A stretch of DNA of 64,000 nt from Cyanophora paradoxa CCMP329 (Eukaryota; Plantae; Glaucophyta), in contig QPMI01000604.1 in NCBI GenBank assembly GCA_004431415.1, positions 29,286 through 93,285 on the forward strand, in the 5' to 3' direction. The translations under genes and the position numbers were made by a program. The notes under the pieces were generated by a model. That model ran no database searches. It saw nothing but the letters and a program-made list of their open reading frames with translations, and was not told the origin of the DNA. Of this stretch, positions 39,260 through 50,806 are shown in pieces. Numbering within the stretch: position 1 is the first letter of the stretch; every line of letters starts with the position of its first letter.

Positions 39260-39724
39260 GTTGCTGTCCGAATTCGAAGTTGCCCCGAAGTTCTAGCTAT
39301 AGCTAAAGATCACCGGATCTAAAACTGCAATTCCTGTTCTGCGAACTTTGGAAGAGCGCTGCAGCTGCGATCTAGAGCTCGACGACACGACGACGACTCG
39401 GCGAGTCTGTACTACTCTGTAGTATACTGACAGTACTCTGTACTGACTCTGTAGTATCAGAGTCTGTACATGTGCATTGTGCACTGCAGTCACTGCAATA
39501 TATACGTACCAGCATATATACGTGGGCCTTTGTGAAGCGTTGAGCTCTCGAGCTTGCCCCTTCGCTGTCAATGCATTGTTAACCCTCGGAGGTTGCATGA
39601 GTCACGCGTCGCGGAGGTTTGGGTGTTATATTGCGATCAGGTACACGCTGCACTAACAGGGGGGCTAGCACTAACCGACGCGGGGAGTAACAGCCGGTGT
39701 ACCCCTCGGGGGGCCTCCCGGCCT

Positions 39725-40505
39725 CTAACGATGCTCAGGCTCTAACTGAATGCTGTACCCCCCGCTGTTACTGCCCGAACCTTCCGAACTTGCGTAATTC
39801 GGCCTCGCCCTGTACCCAGTGGCTGGTGTCGTCCATCCATTCGCGTACCTCCCTCTGACGCTTGAGTGACTCACGCTGCTCGGGGGTAGGGGAGGGGGGC
39901 CTTCGAGGCGGGGTGGGGAAGGGGTACGGTGGCAAAATTCAGCCACTCGGGGGTATGCCGAATTCGCCGTGAACGATCCTCTGCGGTGTGAAATACCGGT
40001 CGCTGCTCACGGCCAAGTGGAAGAACGCGCTCCTGAGCCCGGAGAGGAAGCGTGGTTGCATGAATGGCTGCTGGAGGGACTCGTCGCGCCAGGGGGCTAC
40101 GAAATCAATGATACGCTGCTGTACCTGCGCGGGCAGGGCAAGGATCTGGCTCTTGCGGTTCGCAAAGGCCGTCCACAGCGCTTGCAGGTCGGCCCAATCG
40201 CCGTTCAGATCCCTGCGTTCGCGCCTCAGGTACGATCTCGGGTTCTCTGTCATACCCATCAAGCCCGCGGCCCTGATCATCTCCCTGTCCGGGAGCTCTC
40301 GCTCGTCGTGGAATTCGTCTCTAATCCAGCGCACAAGGTAGAGCACGCGCTCCATGAAGTTCTCCGCCGGCGAGCCGCCCCCTGAGGACGTGCGCCTCCC
40401 CTCCAGCACTGCGTTCGCATCCTCCAAGTCCACGTTCCGCTGTCGAATCTCCCCGTCCAGGTCGCCGTTGTTGTACAGCACGTCGGACTCGCGTGTTCGC
40501 GCCAT
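39725..40505 (-). CDS. viral hypothetical protein, paralog A (probable frameshift near 39945)
   Basis: 188-aa ORF, likely continuing into the Pro/Ser-rich 39725-39946 frame; aligns by eye with the adjacent ORF. Confidence 0.65.
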
Positions 40506-40539
40506 GCTCGCGGCTCGGTGAGAATTTATACCTGTACCC

Positions 40540-41238
40540 CTACTCGCGGTCGGGGTACCTGTCGCCGGGCATCAGCCTCGCGCGCTTCCGCATCTCCGCC
40601 TCCCCGGGTAGCCAGTTCTTCGGGTCGTTGCTCCACTCCTCCCATTCGCGTATGTCCCGTCTGACGTCACGCGGGGCGGGGGCGTTTATCGGTGGGGCGG
40701 GCGGGGCTGGCAGGGCCTGGCGCGGGGGGTTGAGGCCCCTGTTCCACGAGTACTCGGGGTACTCTTCCCATCCCAGGGGTACCAGATTCATCGGAATTGG
40801 CTCAACTTCGAATTGGGGCTTTTTGACGTGATAATCATAGTTTGTGACATACGCCGTCACAGCCGAGCGCAAGCGCGAGAGGTCGCGCAAATTTACGTCG
40901 TCCCATTGCGAGTCCCTTGCCTTCGCGTACCACTCGAGGATTTGCATGCGAATGTGGTCCGGGAGGGTCGAGAGTATGCTGAGCTTGGAGCCCAGGGCGA
41001 ACCAGATGCGCTTGAACTCGTCGATAATCCTGCCCTCGTCGTGGCTCCGAACGTAAAGGGCCCCGCCAGAGTTGTAATGCGTGTCTAGCCACCCTGCCCG
41101 GGCCAGCTCTAGCACCGGCCAGGGTTGGCGCTGTCGATTCGGTCGCGAGGCCTGCTCTACCACCCAGCGTCTAAGGTCCTTGACCTGATCTATGAACTGT
41201 GCGATCACGTCCCTGGGCGCTTCCTCTGCATCCGACAT
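40540..41238 (-). CDS. viral hypothetical protein, paralog B
   Basis: MSDAEEAPRDVIAQFIDQVKDLRRW...; intronless; preceded by AGAATTTCT. Confidence 0.75.
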   Translation of the reverse strand: MSDAEEAPRDVIAQFIDQVKDLRRWVVEQASRPNRQRQPWPVLELARAGWLDTHYNSGGALYVRSHDEGRIIDEFKRIWFALGSKLSILSTLPDHIRMQILEWYAKARDSQWDDVNLRDLSRLRSAVTAYVTNYDYHVKKPQFEVEPIPMNLVPLGWEEYPEYSWNRGLNPPRQALPAPPAPPINAPAPRDVRRDIREWEEWSNDPKNWLPGEAEMRKRARLMPGDRYPDRE

Positions 41239-41288
41239 TTGCAATTGCACACATCAAGAAATTCTAAACGCTACTGCGAGGCTACGCT

Positions 41289-41945
41289 ATGCATACCGAT
41301 ACAAATTGCGAGACTTTGCAACAGGGGAGCGCAGCGTGGCACGCGGCGCGCCGTGAAAAACTAACTGCATCTAATTTTGCGGCTGCGTGCGGCATAAACC
41401 CCTGGAAATCCAGGGCCCGCCTGTGGGCGGAGCTAAGCGGGATAGCGGAGGAAAACAACTTTGACAACCCTGCCCTAACCTATGGGCATGACTATGAGCC
41501 CCTCGCGGTCTCTATCTACAAGGCACTGAACGATAACGTTGACATTAAACATACTGGACTGCACGAACATAAAGAAATGCCGTTCCTCGCCGGGAGCCCC
41601 GACGGACTGATAGGAAATGATAGGATTTTAGAGGTGAAATGCCCTTACAAGGGCGAACTTTACGATAGCGTTCCTACCTATTACATGACTCAACTTCAGG
41701 GCCTGCTGGACATAACGGGCCGCGACTGGGCCGAACTTTTCTGTTTCACGCCTCTGCGCGTGCAAACGTGGTACGTCAGACGGGACGAGAGGTACATCGA
41801 GCTCATGCGGCGGTGCTTACATCTATTTTGGATGCACGTGAAGGCTGGAACTCCGCCCGAGCCCTACAGCGATCGAATGAAGTCAGAGAACCTCAGCGAG
41901 GAGCAGGCGGCGCTGCGCGAGTTTAAGTCGTACGCCCTCCTCTAG
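41289..41945 (+). CDS. YqaJ-like viral recombinase / lambda-exonuclease family nuclease (copy 1)
   Basis: QGSAAWHAARREKLTASN, YGHDYEP, FLAGSPDGLI...LEVKCP, YYMTQLQGLL (PD-(D/E)xK motifs). Confidence 0.93.
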   Translation: MHTDTNCETLQQGSAAWHAARREKLTASNFAAACGINPWKSRARLWAELSGIAEENNFDNPALTYGHDYEPLAVSIYKALNDNVDIKHTGLHEHKEMPFLAGSPDGLIGNDRILEVKCPYKGELYDSVPTYYMTQLQGLLDITGRDWAELFCFTPLRVQTWYVRRDERYIELMRRCLHLFWMHVKAGTPPEPYSDRMKSENLSEEQAALREFKSYALL

Positions 41946-42281
41946 TGTCCCGACCCTCTCAGATATTAATTTAAAGATCTGGGAGGGTCGGGACACGTCT
42001 CTTGGTCAGACTACTTATGTACGCCCTCCTCTAGTGTCTCGACCCTCTCAGATATTAATTTAAAGATCTGGGAGGGTCGGGACACGTCTCTTGGTCAGAC
42101 TACTTATGTACGCCTCCTCTAGTGTCTCGACCCTCTCAGATATTAATTTAAAGATCTGGAGGGTCGGGACACGTCTCTTGGTCAGACTACTTATGTACGC
42201 CCTCCCTCCTCTAGTGTCCGGACCTTTCCAATAATCTATAAAGAAAGTAGGGAGGGTCCGGACACGTCTCTTGGTCGGACT
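41931..42281. repeat. 4 x ~89-bp tandem array, each unit an imperfect palindrome with AT-rich centre (copy 1)
   Basis: GTGTCCCGACCCTCTCAGAT-ATTAATTTAAAG-ATCTGGGAGGGTCGGGACAC core; the first unit overlaps the YqaJ stop. Confidence 0.95.
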
Positions 42282-42557
42282 CACCGTAGCTTGGTGTAGC
42301 TCAGGCCCAGGCGGGGAAGGCGAGTCTGCAATGAATCAGACCCACAGGATTTGGTTGAGCTGCTCTTTGCAGGGGGCAGGAAGGCGGCCGCAGAGGGCTA
42401 GGGAGACTAGATCTAATTAGTAATCCACACCGCGCATGTGCAAGCGACAGAGAACGAAGTGAGTAAATGCAGATCGATGATACGGCAATCATGAGTTGTT
42501 CAGAAAAGGTCGGGACACATAGAGAGTGCATGCCCTCACTCTCGTCCGCCCTCGCAA

Positions 42558-42607
42558 TGTCCCGACCCTCCCAGATCTTTAAATTAATATCTCAAAAAGT
42601 CGAGACA
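42558..42607. repeat. solo inverted copy of the array palindrome (also at 45931-45980 and 47396-47445)
   Basis: TGTCCCGACCCTCCCAGATCTTTAAATTAATATCTCAAAAAGTCGAGACA. Confidence 0.9.
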
Positions 42608-42708
42608 TTCATTGATCATATGCATGACGTCACTTGAATTCGCACGTTCGTATTTACACACTGGCACGCGCATCCCGTTCGCGAAGTCCACACTGTGACA
42701 TCCGACAA

Positions 42709-44058
42709 TCACACGCGCCTGTGAATGAGAGCATAGCAGTCGGAGAAAACGTTGTAAACCTCTGGGAAGCTTGGCGCCATGCCTGCCCTTGCCTGCTTAG
42801 CCTGGCGCTCTACTGCGTCGTCGAGCATGTCTTCCTCCCACGTGATGTAGCGTCGCTTTCGGCTGCCCATTTGCCCTCCGTCCGCGTCGGAGAAAGCGCG
42901 TCTCACTCCGAGGTACTTCTCCAGCAGGTACTTGATGACTTGCCAAGACTGCTGCGAGAGCCGCTTCTTCTCACCGTCCGCTGCATCGAAGCGGGGCGCG
43001 CGCTCGTCCAGACTCTGCAGAGCCGCGTACGCCTCCCGACCCTCCGGCGACGCCAGGGCCGCGTAGGCTTCGTCCGACCACAGAGCACGCCCCGCGAGCT
43101 TTCCATACCCCGCCAGCCGAAGAGTTTCTTGAACAGCGCGACGACCTTCGATACCTTGAGGCGCTCAGCAGTAGGCACGATCTCGGCAACGTCCGCGCCA
43201 TGCTTCAGCACCAGCGTGACCACGGCAGTGAGCGGGATGGAGTAGAACGAATCCCACATCCAGGCGACGTCTCCTTCGGTCAGCTCGCTCGGATCCTTGG
43301 CCAGGAACGCGGCGATCGACGTGCGAGCAAGCGAAGCAACCTTCTCGATGTCCAGCTTAGCGAGAGACTCGCGGGACTGCCTCCAGGCCAGCACCGTGCT
43401 CCACAGATCGACGGGCTCCAGCGCGCCCGCCTCCAGCACGCTCCTGATCTCGCGCAGCCGCTGCTCCTTCTCCTGCTTCGGTCCGCTCGGGTTTTGATCC
43501 TCCGTGACTTGCACGTTCATCAGCGCGCAGGTCGACATCAGCCGCAGGCGCGCTGCCACTGCGAGGCGCCGAGTGGGCATGCCGGCGCGGCGGCTCCCGC
43601 GGTGGCTAGCCTTCAGGTCCAGGTAGCGCTGCATGTCGTCCGAGCTCTCGTCGTCGTCGCTCTCACGCCAGTGCGCAGCCGCCGCGCCGACCGCAACCGA
43701 GGGCGTCCGGTTCTTGCGCACGGCGACGAGCAGGTGCTCTCCGTCGGGCGTGCTGCGTTTGCGCAGCCTTCTGACTCGAAACAGCAGCTGCACGATGTCG
43801 TCCGCCTCCAGCTGCGCGGGCTCTGCCTGGAACACGCCGTAGACCTTGTCAAAGTGCGCGTCCGAAAAGTCCACGCCTGCCCCGAGCGCGGAAGTTGCGA
43901 TGAGCACGTCGCAGGCCTTGTACGCGCCCTCCTCAGACACATCGATCGACACGATGCGCACTGGGCCGTCGTTCGTGAAGCGCACGCTCTTCTCCTTGGC
44001 CTGCCCAACGATGAGCCCGATCGTGAACGGTGCGCCGCTGCCGTCCTCGGGCCCTGCC
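42709..44058 (-). pseudogene. duplicated 3' half of the UL9-like helicase (5'-truncated)
   Basis: Near-identical to 47547-48899; fused to a truncated paralog B copy at ~44059. Confidence 0.9.
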
Positions 44059-44608
44059 TCGGTGGGGCGGGCGGGGCTGGCAGGGCCTGGCGCGGGGGGT
44101 TGAGGCCCCTGTTCCACGAGTACTCGGGGTACTCTTCCCATCCCAGGGGTACCAGATTCATCGGAATTGGCTCAACTTCGAATTGGGGCTTTTTGACGTG
44201 ATAATCATAGTTTGTGACATACGCCGTCACAGCCGAGCGCAAGCGCGAGAGGTCGCGCAAATTTACGTCGTCCCATTGCGAGTCCCTTGCCTTCGCGTAC
44301 CACTCGAGGATTTGCATGCGAATGTGGTCCGGGAGGGTCGAGAGTATGCTGAGCTTGGAGCCCAGGGCGAACCAGATGCGCTTGAACTCGTCGATAATCC
44401 TGCCCTCGTCGTGGCTCCGAACGTAAAGGGCCCCGCCAGAGTTGTAATGCGTGTCTAGCCACCCTGCCCGGGCCAGCTCTAGCACCGGCCAGGGTTGGCG
44501 CTGTCGATTCGGTCGCGAGGCCTGCTCTACCACCCAGCGTCTAAGGTCCTTGACCTGATCTATGAACTGTGCGATCACGTCCCTGGGCGCTTCCTCTGCA
44601 TCCGACAT
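44059..44608 (-). pseudogene. 3'-truncated duplicate of paralog B
   Basis: Matches 40689-41238 at an offset of 3370 bp. Confidence 0.9.
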
Positions 44609-44658
44609 TTGCAATTGCACACATCAAGAAATTCTAAACGCTACTGCGAGGCTACGCT

Positions 44659-45315
44659 ATGCATACCGATACAAATTGCGAGACTTTGCAACAGGGGAGC
44701 GCAGCGTGGCACGCGGCGCGCCGTGAAAAACTAACTGCATCTAATTTTGCGGCTGCGTGCGGCATCAACCCGTGGAAATCCAGGGCCCGCCTCTGGGCGG
44801 AGCTAAGCGGGATAGCGGAGGAAAACAACTTTGACAACCCTGCCCTAACCTATGGGCATGACTATGAGCCCTTCGCGGTCTCTATCTACAAGGCACTGAA
44901 CGATAACGTTGACATTAAACATACTGGACTGCACGAACATAAAGAAATGCCGTTCCTCGCCGGGAGCCCCGACGGACTGATAGGAAATGATAGGATTTTA
45001 GAGGTGAAATGCCCTTACAAGGGCGAACTTTACGATAGCGTTCCTACCTATTACATGACTCAACTTCAGGGCCTGCTGGACATAACGGGCCGCGACTGGG
45101 CCGAACTTTTCTGTTTCACGCCTCTGCGCGTGCAAACGTGGTACGTCAGACGGGACGAGAGGTACATCGAGCTCATGCGGCGGTGCTTACATCTATTTTG
45201 GATGCACGTGAAGGCTGGAACTCCGCCCGAGCCCTACAGCGATCGAATGAAGTCAGAGAACCTCAGCGAGGAGCAGGCGGCGCTGCGCGAGTTTAAGTCG
45301 TACGCCCTCCTCTAG
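44659..45315 (+). CDS. YqaJ-like viral recombinase/exonuclease (copy 2)
   Basis: Same protein as copy 1 except L->F (EPLAV/EPFAV). Confidence 0.93.
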   Translation: MHTDTNCETLQQGSAAWHAARREKLTASNFAAACGINPWKSRARLWAELSGIAEENNFDNPALTYGHDYEPFAVSIYKALNDNVDIKHTGLHEHKEMPFLAGSPDGLIGNDRILEVKCPYKGELYDSVPTYYMTQLQGLLDITGRDWAELFCFTPLRVQTWYVRRDERYIELMRRCLHLFWMHVKAGTPPEPYSDRMKSENLSEEQAALREFKSYALL

Positions 45316-45652
45316 TGTCCCGACCCTCTCAGATATTAATTTAAAGATCTGGGAGGGTCGGGACACGTCTCTTGGTCAGACTACTTATGTACGCCCTCCT
45401 CTAGTGTCTCGACCCTCTCAGATATTAATTTAAAGATCTGGGAGGGTCGGGACACGTCTCTTGGTCAGACTACTTATGTACGCCCTCCTCTAGTGTCTCG
45501 ACCCTCTCAGATATTAATTTAAAGATCTGGGAGGGTCGGGACACGTCTCTTGGTCAGACTACTTATGTACGCCCTCCTCCTCTAGTGTCCGGACCTTTCC
45601 AATAATCTATAAAGAAAGTAGGGAGGGTCCGGACACGTCTCTTGGTCGGACT
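45301..45652. repeat. 4 x ~89-bp palindromic tandem array (copy 2)
   Basis: Same units as 41931-42281. Confidence 0.95.
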
Positions 45653-46081
45653 CACCGTAGCTTGGTGTAGCTCAGGCCCAGGCGGGGAAGGCGAGTCTGC
45701 AATGAATCAGACCCCACAGGATTTGGTTGAGCTGCTCTTTGCAGGGGGGCAGGAAGGCGGCCGCAGAGGGCTAGGGAGACTAGATCTAATTAGTAATCCA
45801 CACCGCGCATGTGCAAGCGACAGAGAACGAAGTGAGTAAATGCAGATCGATGATACGGCAATCATGAGTTGTTCAGAAAAGGTCGGGACACATAGAGAGT
45901 GCATGCCCTCACTCTCGTCCGCCCTCGCAATGTCCCGACCCTCCCAGATCTTTAAATTAATATCTCAAAAAGTCGAGACATTCATTGATCATATGCATGA
46001 CGTCACTTGAATTCGCACGTTCGTATTTACACACTGGCACGCGCATCCCGTTCGCGAAGTCCACACTGTGACATCCGACAA

Positions 46082-47339
46082 TCACACGCGCCTGTGAATG
46101 AGAGCATAGCAGTCGGAGAAAACGTTGTAAACCTCTGGGAAGCTTGGCGCCATGCCTGCCCTTGCCTGCTTAGCCTGGCGCTCTACTGCGTCGTCGAGCA
46201 TGTCTTCCTCCCACGTGATGTAGCGTCGCTTTCGGCTGCCCATTTGCCCTCCGTCCGCGTCGGAGAAAGCGCGTCTCACTCCGAGGTACTTCTCCAGCAG
46301 GTACTTGATGACTTGCCAAGACTGCTGCGAGAGCCGCTTCTTCTCACCGTCCGCTGCATCGAAGCGGGGCGCGCGCTCGTCCAGACTCTGCAGAGCCGCG
46401 TACGCCTCCCGACCTCCGGCGACGCCAGGGCCGCGTAGGCTTCGTCCGACCACAGAGCACGCCCGCGAGCTTTCCATACCCCGCCAGCCGAAGAGTTTCT
46501 TGAACAGCGCGACGACCTTCGATACCTTGAGGCGCTCAGCAGTAGGCACGATCTCGGCAACGTCCGCGCCATGCTTCAGCACCAGCGTGACCACGGCAGT
46601 GAGCGGGATGGAGTAGAACGAATCCCACATCCAGGCGACGTCTCCTTCGGTCAGCTCGCTCGGATCCTTGGCCAGGAACGCGGCGATCGACGTGCGAGCA
46701 AGCGAAGCAACCTTCTCGATGTCCAGCTTAGCGAGAGACTCGCGGGACTGCCTCCAGGCCAGCACCGTGCTCCACAGATCGACGGGCTCCAGCGCGCCCG
46801 CCTCCAGCACGCTCCTGATCTCGCGCAGCCGCTGCTCCTTCTCCTGCTTCGGTCCGCTCGGGTTTTGATCCTCCGTGACTTGCACGTTCATCAGCGCGCA
46901 GGTCGACATCAGCCGCAGGCGCGCTGCCACTGCGAGGCGCCGAGTGGGCATGCCGGCGCGGCGGCTCCCGCGGTGGCTAGCCTTCAGGTCCAGGTAGCGC
47001 TGCATGTCGTCCGAGCTCTCGTCGTCGTCGCTCTCACGCCAGTGCGCAGCCGCCGCGCCGACCGCAACCGAGGGCGTCCGGTTCTTGCGCACGGCGACGA
47101 GCAGGTGCTCTCCGTCGGGCGTGCTGCGTTTGCGCAGCCTTCTGACTCGAAACAGCAGCTGCACGATGTCGTCCGCCTCCAGCTGCGCGGGCTCTGCCTG
47201 GAACACGCCGTAGACCTTGTCAAAGTGCGCGTCCGAAAAGTCCACGCCTGCCCCGAGCGCGGAAGTTGCGATGAGCACGTCGCAGGCCTTGTACGCGCCC
47301 TCCTCAGACACATCGATCGACACGATGCGCACTGGGCCG
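46082..47339 (-). pseudogene. second duplicated 3' fragment of the UL9-like helicase
   Basis: Matches 47547-48804 at an offset of ~1465 bp; junction at 47339/47340. Confidence 0.9.
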
Positions 47340-47546
47340 AGAAAAGGTCGGGACACATAGAGAGTGCATGCCCTCACTCTCGTCCGCCCTCGCAATGTCC
47401 CGACCCTCCCAGATCTTTAAATTAATATCTCAAAAAGTCGAGACATTCATTGATCATATGCATGACGTCACTTGAATTCGCACGTTCGTATTTACACACT
47501 GGCACGCGCATCCCGTTCGCGAAGTCCACACTGTGACATCCGACAA

Positions 47547-50500
47547 TCACACGCGCCTGTGAATGAGAGCATAGCAGTCGGAGAAAACGTTGTAAACCTC
47601 TGGGAAGCTTGGCGCCATGCCTGCCCTTGCCTGCTTAGCCTGGCGCTCTACTGCGTCGTCGAGCATGTCTTCCTCCCACGTGATGTAGCGTCGCTTTCGG
47701 CTGCCCATTTGCCCTCCGTCCGCGTCGGAGAAAGCGCGTCTCACTCCGAGGTACTTCTCCAGCAGGTACTTGATGACTTGCCAAGACTGCTGCGAGAGCC
47801 GCTTCTTCTCACCGTCCGCTGCATCGAAGCGGGGCGCGCGCTCGTCCAGACTCTGCAGAGCCGCGTACGCCTCCCGACCCTCCGGCGACGCCAGGGCCGC
47901 GTAGGCTTCGTCCGACCACAGAGCACGCCCCGCGAGCTTTCCATACCCCCGCCAGCCGAAGAGTTTCTTGAACAGCGCGACGACCTTCGATACCTTGAGG
48001 CGCTCAGCAGTAGGCACGATCTCGGCAACGTCCGCGCCATGCTTCAGCACCAGCGTGACCACGGCAGTGAGCGGGATGGAGTAGAACGAATCCCACATCC
48101 AGGCGACGTCTCCTTCGGTCAGCTCGCTCGGATCCTTGGCCAGGAACGCGGCGATCGACGTGCGAGCAAGCGAAGCAACCTTCTCGATGTCCAGCTTAGC
48201 GAGAGACTCGCGGGACTGCCTCCAGGCCAGCACCGTGCTCCACAGATCGACGGGCTCCAGCGCGCCCGCCTCCAGCACGCTCCTGATCTCGCGCAGCCGC
48301 TGCTCCTTCTCCTGCTTCGGTCCGCTCGGGTTTTGATCCTCCGTGACTTGCACGTTCATCAGCGCGCAGGTCGACATCAGCCGCAGGCGCGCTGCCACTG
48401 CGAGGCGCCGAGTGGGCATGCCGGCGCGGCGGCTCCCGCGGTGGCTAGCCTTCAGGTCCAGGTAGCGCTGCATGTCGTCCGAGCTCTCGTCGTCGTCGCT
48501 CTCACGCCAGTGCGCAGCCGCCGCGCCGACCGCAACCGAGGGCGTCCGGTTCTTGCGCACGGCGACGAGCAGGTGCTCTCCGTCGGGCGTGCTGCGTTTG
48601 CGCAGCCTTCTGACTCGAAACAGCAGCTGCACGATGTCGTCCGCCTCCAGCTGCGCGGGCTCTGCCTGGAACACGCCGTAGACCTTGTCAAAGTGCGCGT
48701 CCGAAAAGTCCACGCCTGCCCGAGCGCGGAAGTTGCGATGAGCACGTCGCAGGCCTTGTACGCGCCCTCCTCAGACACATCGATCGACACGATGCGCACT
48801 GGGCCGTCGTTCGTGAAGCGCACGCTCTTCTCCTTGGCCTGCCCAACGATGAGCCCGATCGTGAACGGTGCGCCGCTGCCGTCCTCGGGCCCTGCCTCGA
48901 GCTGAGTCACGTACTGAGCGCCGCCCAGGCTGAGCTGCTCCAGCGCCTGCTTCGCAATCTTCTCCTGCATCTCGATCGCCTTGGCCGGCGTCTCTGCAAT
49001 GATCATCGCCCGGCAGCGCCCCGGTCTGCACAGCGCCATGATGTCCGCCTCGACGTGCGCCGGGCTGTCTGACACGCGCATCTTCCAGTCGCAGGTGCGA
49101 TGCGAGTTGTACAGGAGCCCCAGGCGCGCCCCGACCTCCTGCGCCGACTCTGCCAGGTACGCGAGATCGACCGACCGAACGAAGCCGTCCATCGCCACGA
49201 TGCGCGATGCCTTCATCACGCCGCGCCATAGGCCCACGCAGCGCGCGTTTCGAGGCACTGACCGCATACCTAGGTGCAGGCCGGTGGGCTCGAGGGTGCC
49301 GCTCGAGGTGAGGTGCTTCGTGAGGGAGGAGAGCTCGTCCAGCACGACCAGTAGCGGCGCCGTCGACCAGCCCTCCCAGTCCTCGAGCACCTTGTGCAGC
49401 GAGTCCCATGTGATGACGACGCACCTGCACTCCTCATGGCGGAAGCCCCACTTGCCATGCGATCCCTTTGAGCTCTCCGGTGGCTTCTTGATGTCCATGT
49501 AAAGCACGGCGTCCTTTGACAACTCCGCAGCATCAATGCGACGCTTGAGGTCGCGGGAGAAGGCCCGGCGGCAAGTCACGAGGATCACTCGCCAGCCGCC
49601 TGCAAGGGCCGGGTCCAGGTACGCATCGATCAGCGCCTGCGTCTTCCCCGTGTTGAGTCCCGAGCAGATGACGTCGACCTGCGGCTGAGCGGATCTCGGG
49701 TTCTGCTCCAGCGCCCCGAATGCGGAGGTAAGGATCTTGCACGAGAGGTGGCGTTCATCCACTGCATTGACGCAAGCCTCCAGGCCCGTCGACTCGAGCG
49801 CGATCAGGAGGGAGGGGAGGGCAATGTCGAAGGCGACAGGCTGCGAGGGATCGGTCACATAGCGGGTCTGTGCCACGCTGCCCGACTCCCCTCCGGTCCC
49901 CTCCCCCTCGAGCTCGACTTCAATACCGTGCGCCTGGATGGAGATTCGAGCCGCCGGCGCCCCCGGCTGACTCCCGCCCAGGACGAGGGTGATGGACCCG
50001 TCGGGCTCGACTCCAAGGTGCTGAACGCGGCGGGCGTCGTGCAGGCCAAGGTCCGCGCGCAGCTCTGCCCCCGCCTTCCAGATCTCGTCCCTCACCGCCT
50101 TGTTCTTGCGTAGGCGGTCCAGGAGCCGCTCCAAGGCCGGCAGGCTTGGGCTCGAATCCAGGAGAGCGCCCGGCTCCGGGATGGGCTTAGCGCGGGGCGC
50201 CGAGCTTCTGGATGGAGTGGGGAGGAGCTCCGCTCGCGGCCCGGGCGCCGGCCCCGCAGAACGTAGCCCCCGTGCCATCCACACCGAGCTCCAGGCCGCT
50301 CGAGCTCCCAAAGAACCATGCCATGAGATCGCAAGCCTCCGGGCTCTGTAGGACGTAGGCAGCCTTGAATCCATTATCCAAGGGGCGAGAGAAAGTGAAG
50401 CCTCCGAACTTGGTTGCAAAGGCGCAGGCTGCCGCGGTGCTCGTCTCATCCTCGGCACCCGAGAAGTGGCTGGGGGTGATGCAGGGCGGGTGGAAGACGC

Positions 50501-50666
50501 AGAAAGCCGTCCCCAGGGTCGGGCTGCAGGCCTTCTGGACTTCGACGAGAGGGAATCGAACGAAAAAGCTGCACTCCTGCTCGCTCAGATCTATCTGCTG
50601 TACCCCGGGCCCGGGCATACGGGCCAGGAAGGCGTCGACGTCGAGAGACACGCGTCCGGTTGCCAT
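47547..50666 (-). CDS. SF2 helicase of the herpes UL9 / origin-binding protein family (about 1000 aa; frameshifts near 50200 and 48720)
   Basis: SGLNTGKT (Walker A), LVTCRRAFS, VITWDSLHKV, VVLDELSSLTKHL (Walker B), IVAMDG, LIATSALGAGVDFSDAHFDKVY, QLLFRVRRL; matches the Herpes_ori_bp motif series. Confidence 0.88.
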
Positions 50667-50756
50667 GGTCGTCTCTCTATAGCTAGGCTTGGAAAATTCT
50701 AGATCTACTAGGCTAGTCGACGTCTGTTGGCTAGCTATAGTCGACGTCTGGACTGC

Positions 50757-50806
50757 TGTCTCGACCTTCTGAGATATTAATTTAAAGATCTGGGAGGGTC
50801 GGGACA
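50757..50806. repeat. solo palindrome upstream of the helicase, inverted relative to 47396-47445
   Basis: TGTCTCGACCTTCTGAGATATTAATTTAAAGATCTGGGAGGGTCGGGACA. Confidence 0.9.

Noticed and set aside
39400-39480. TACT/AGTA-rich stretch as the left terminus of the virus
   Set aside because: Similar low-complexity DNA occurs in host intergenic sequence (~2085-2120), and no partner TIR or TSD can be checked in this window
41931-42281. CRISPR-like array next to a Cas4-like (YqaJ) nuclease
   Set aside because: The units are near-identical tandem copies with no unique spacers (only unit 4 varies) and there are no cas genes; YqaJ is a common viral recombinase
42903-44620. 412-aa and 335-aa fusion ORFs
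   Set aside because: They are by-products of the duplication junction at ~44059
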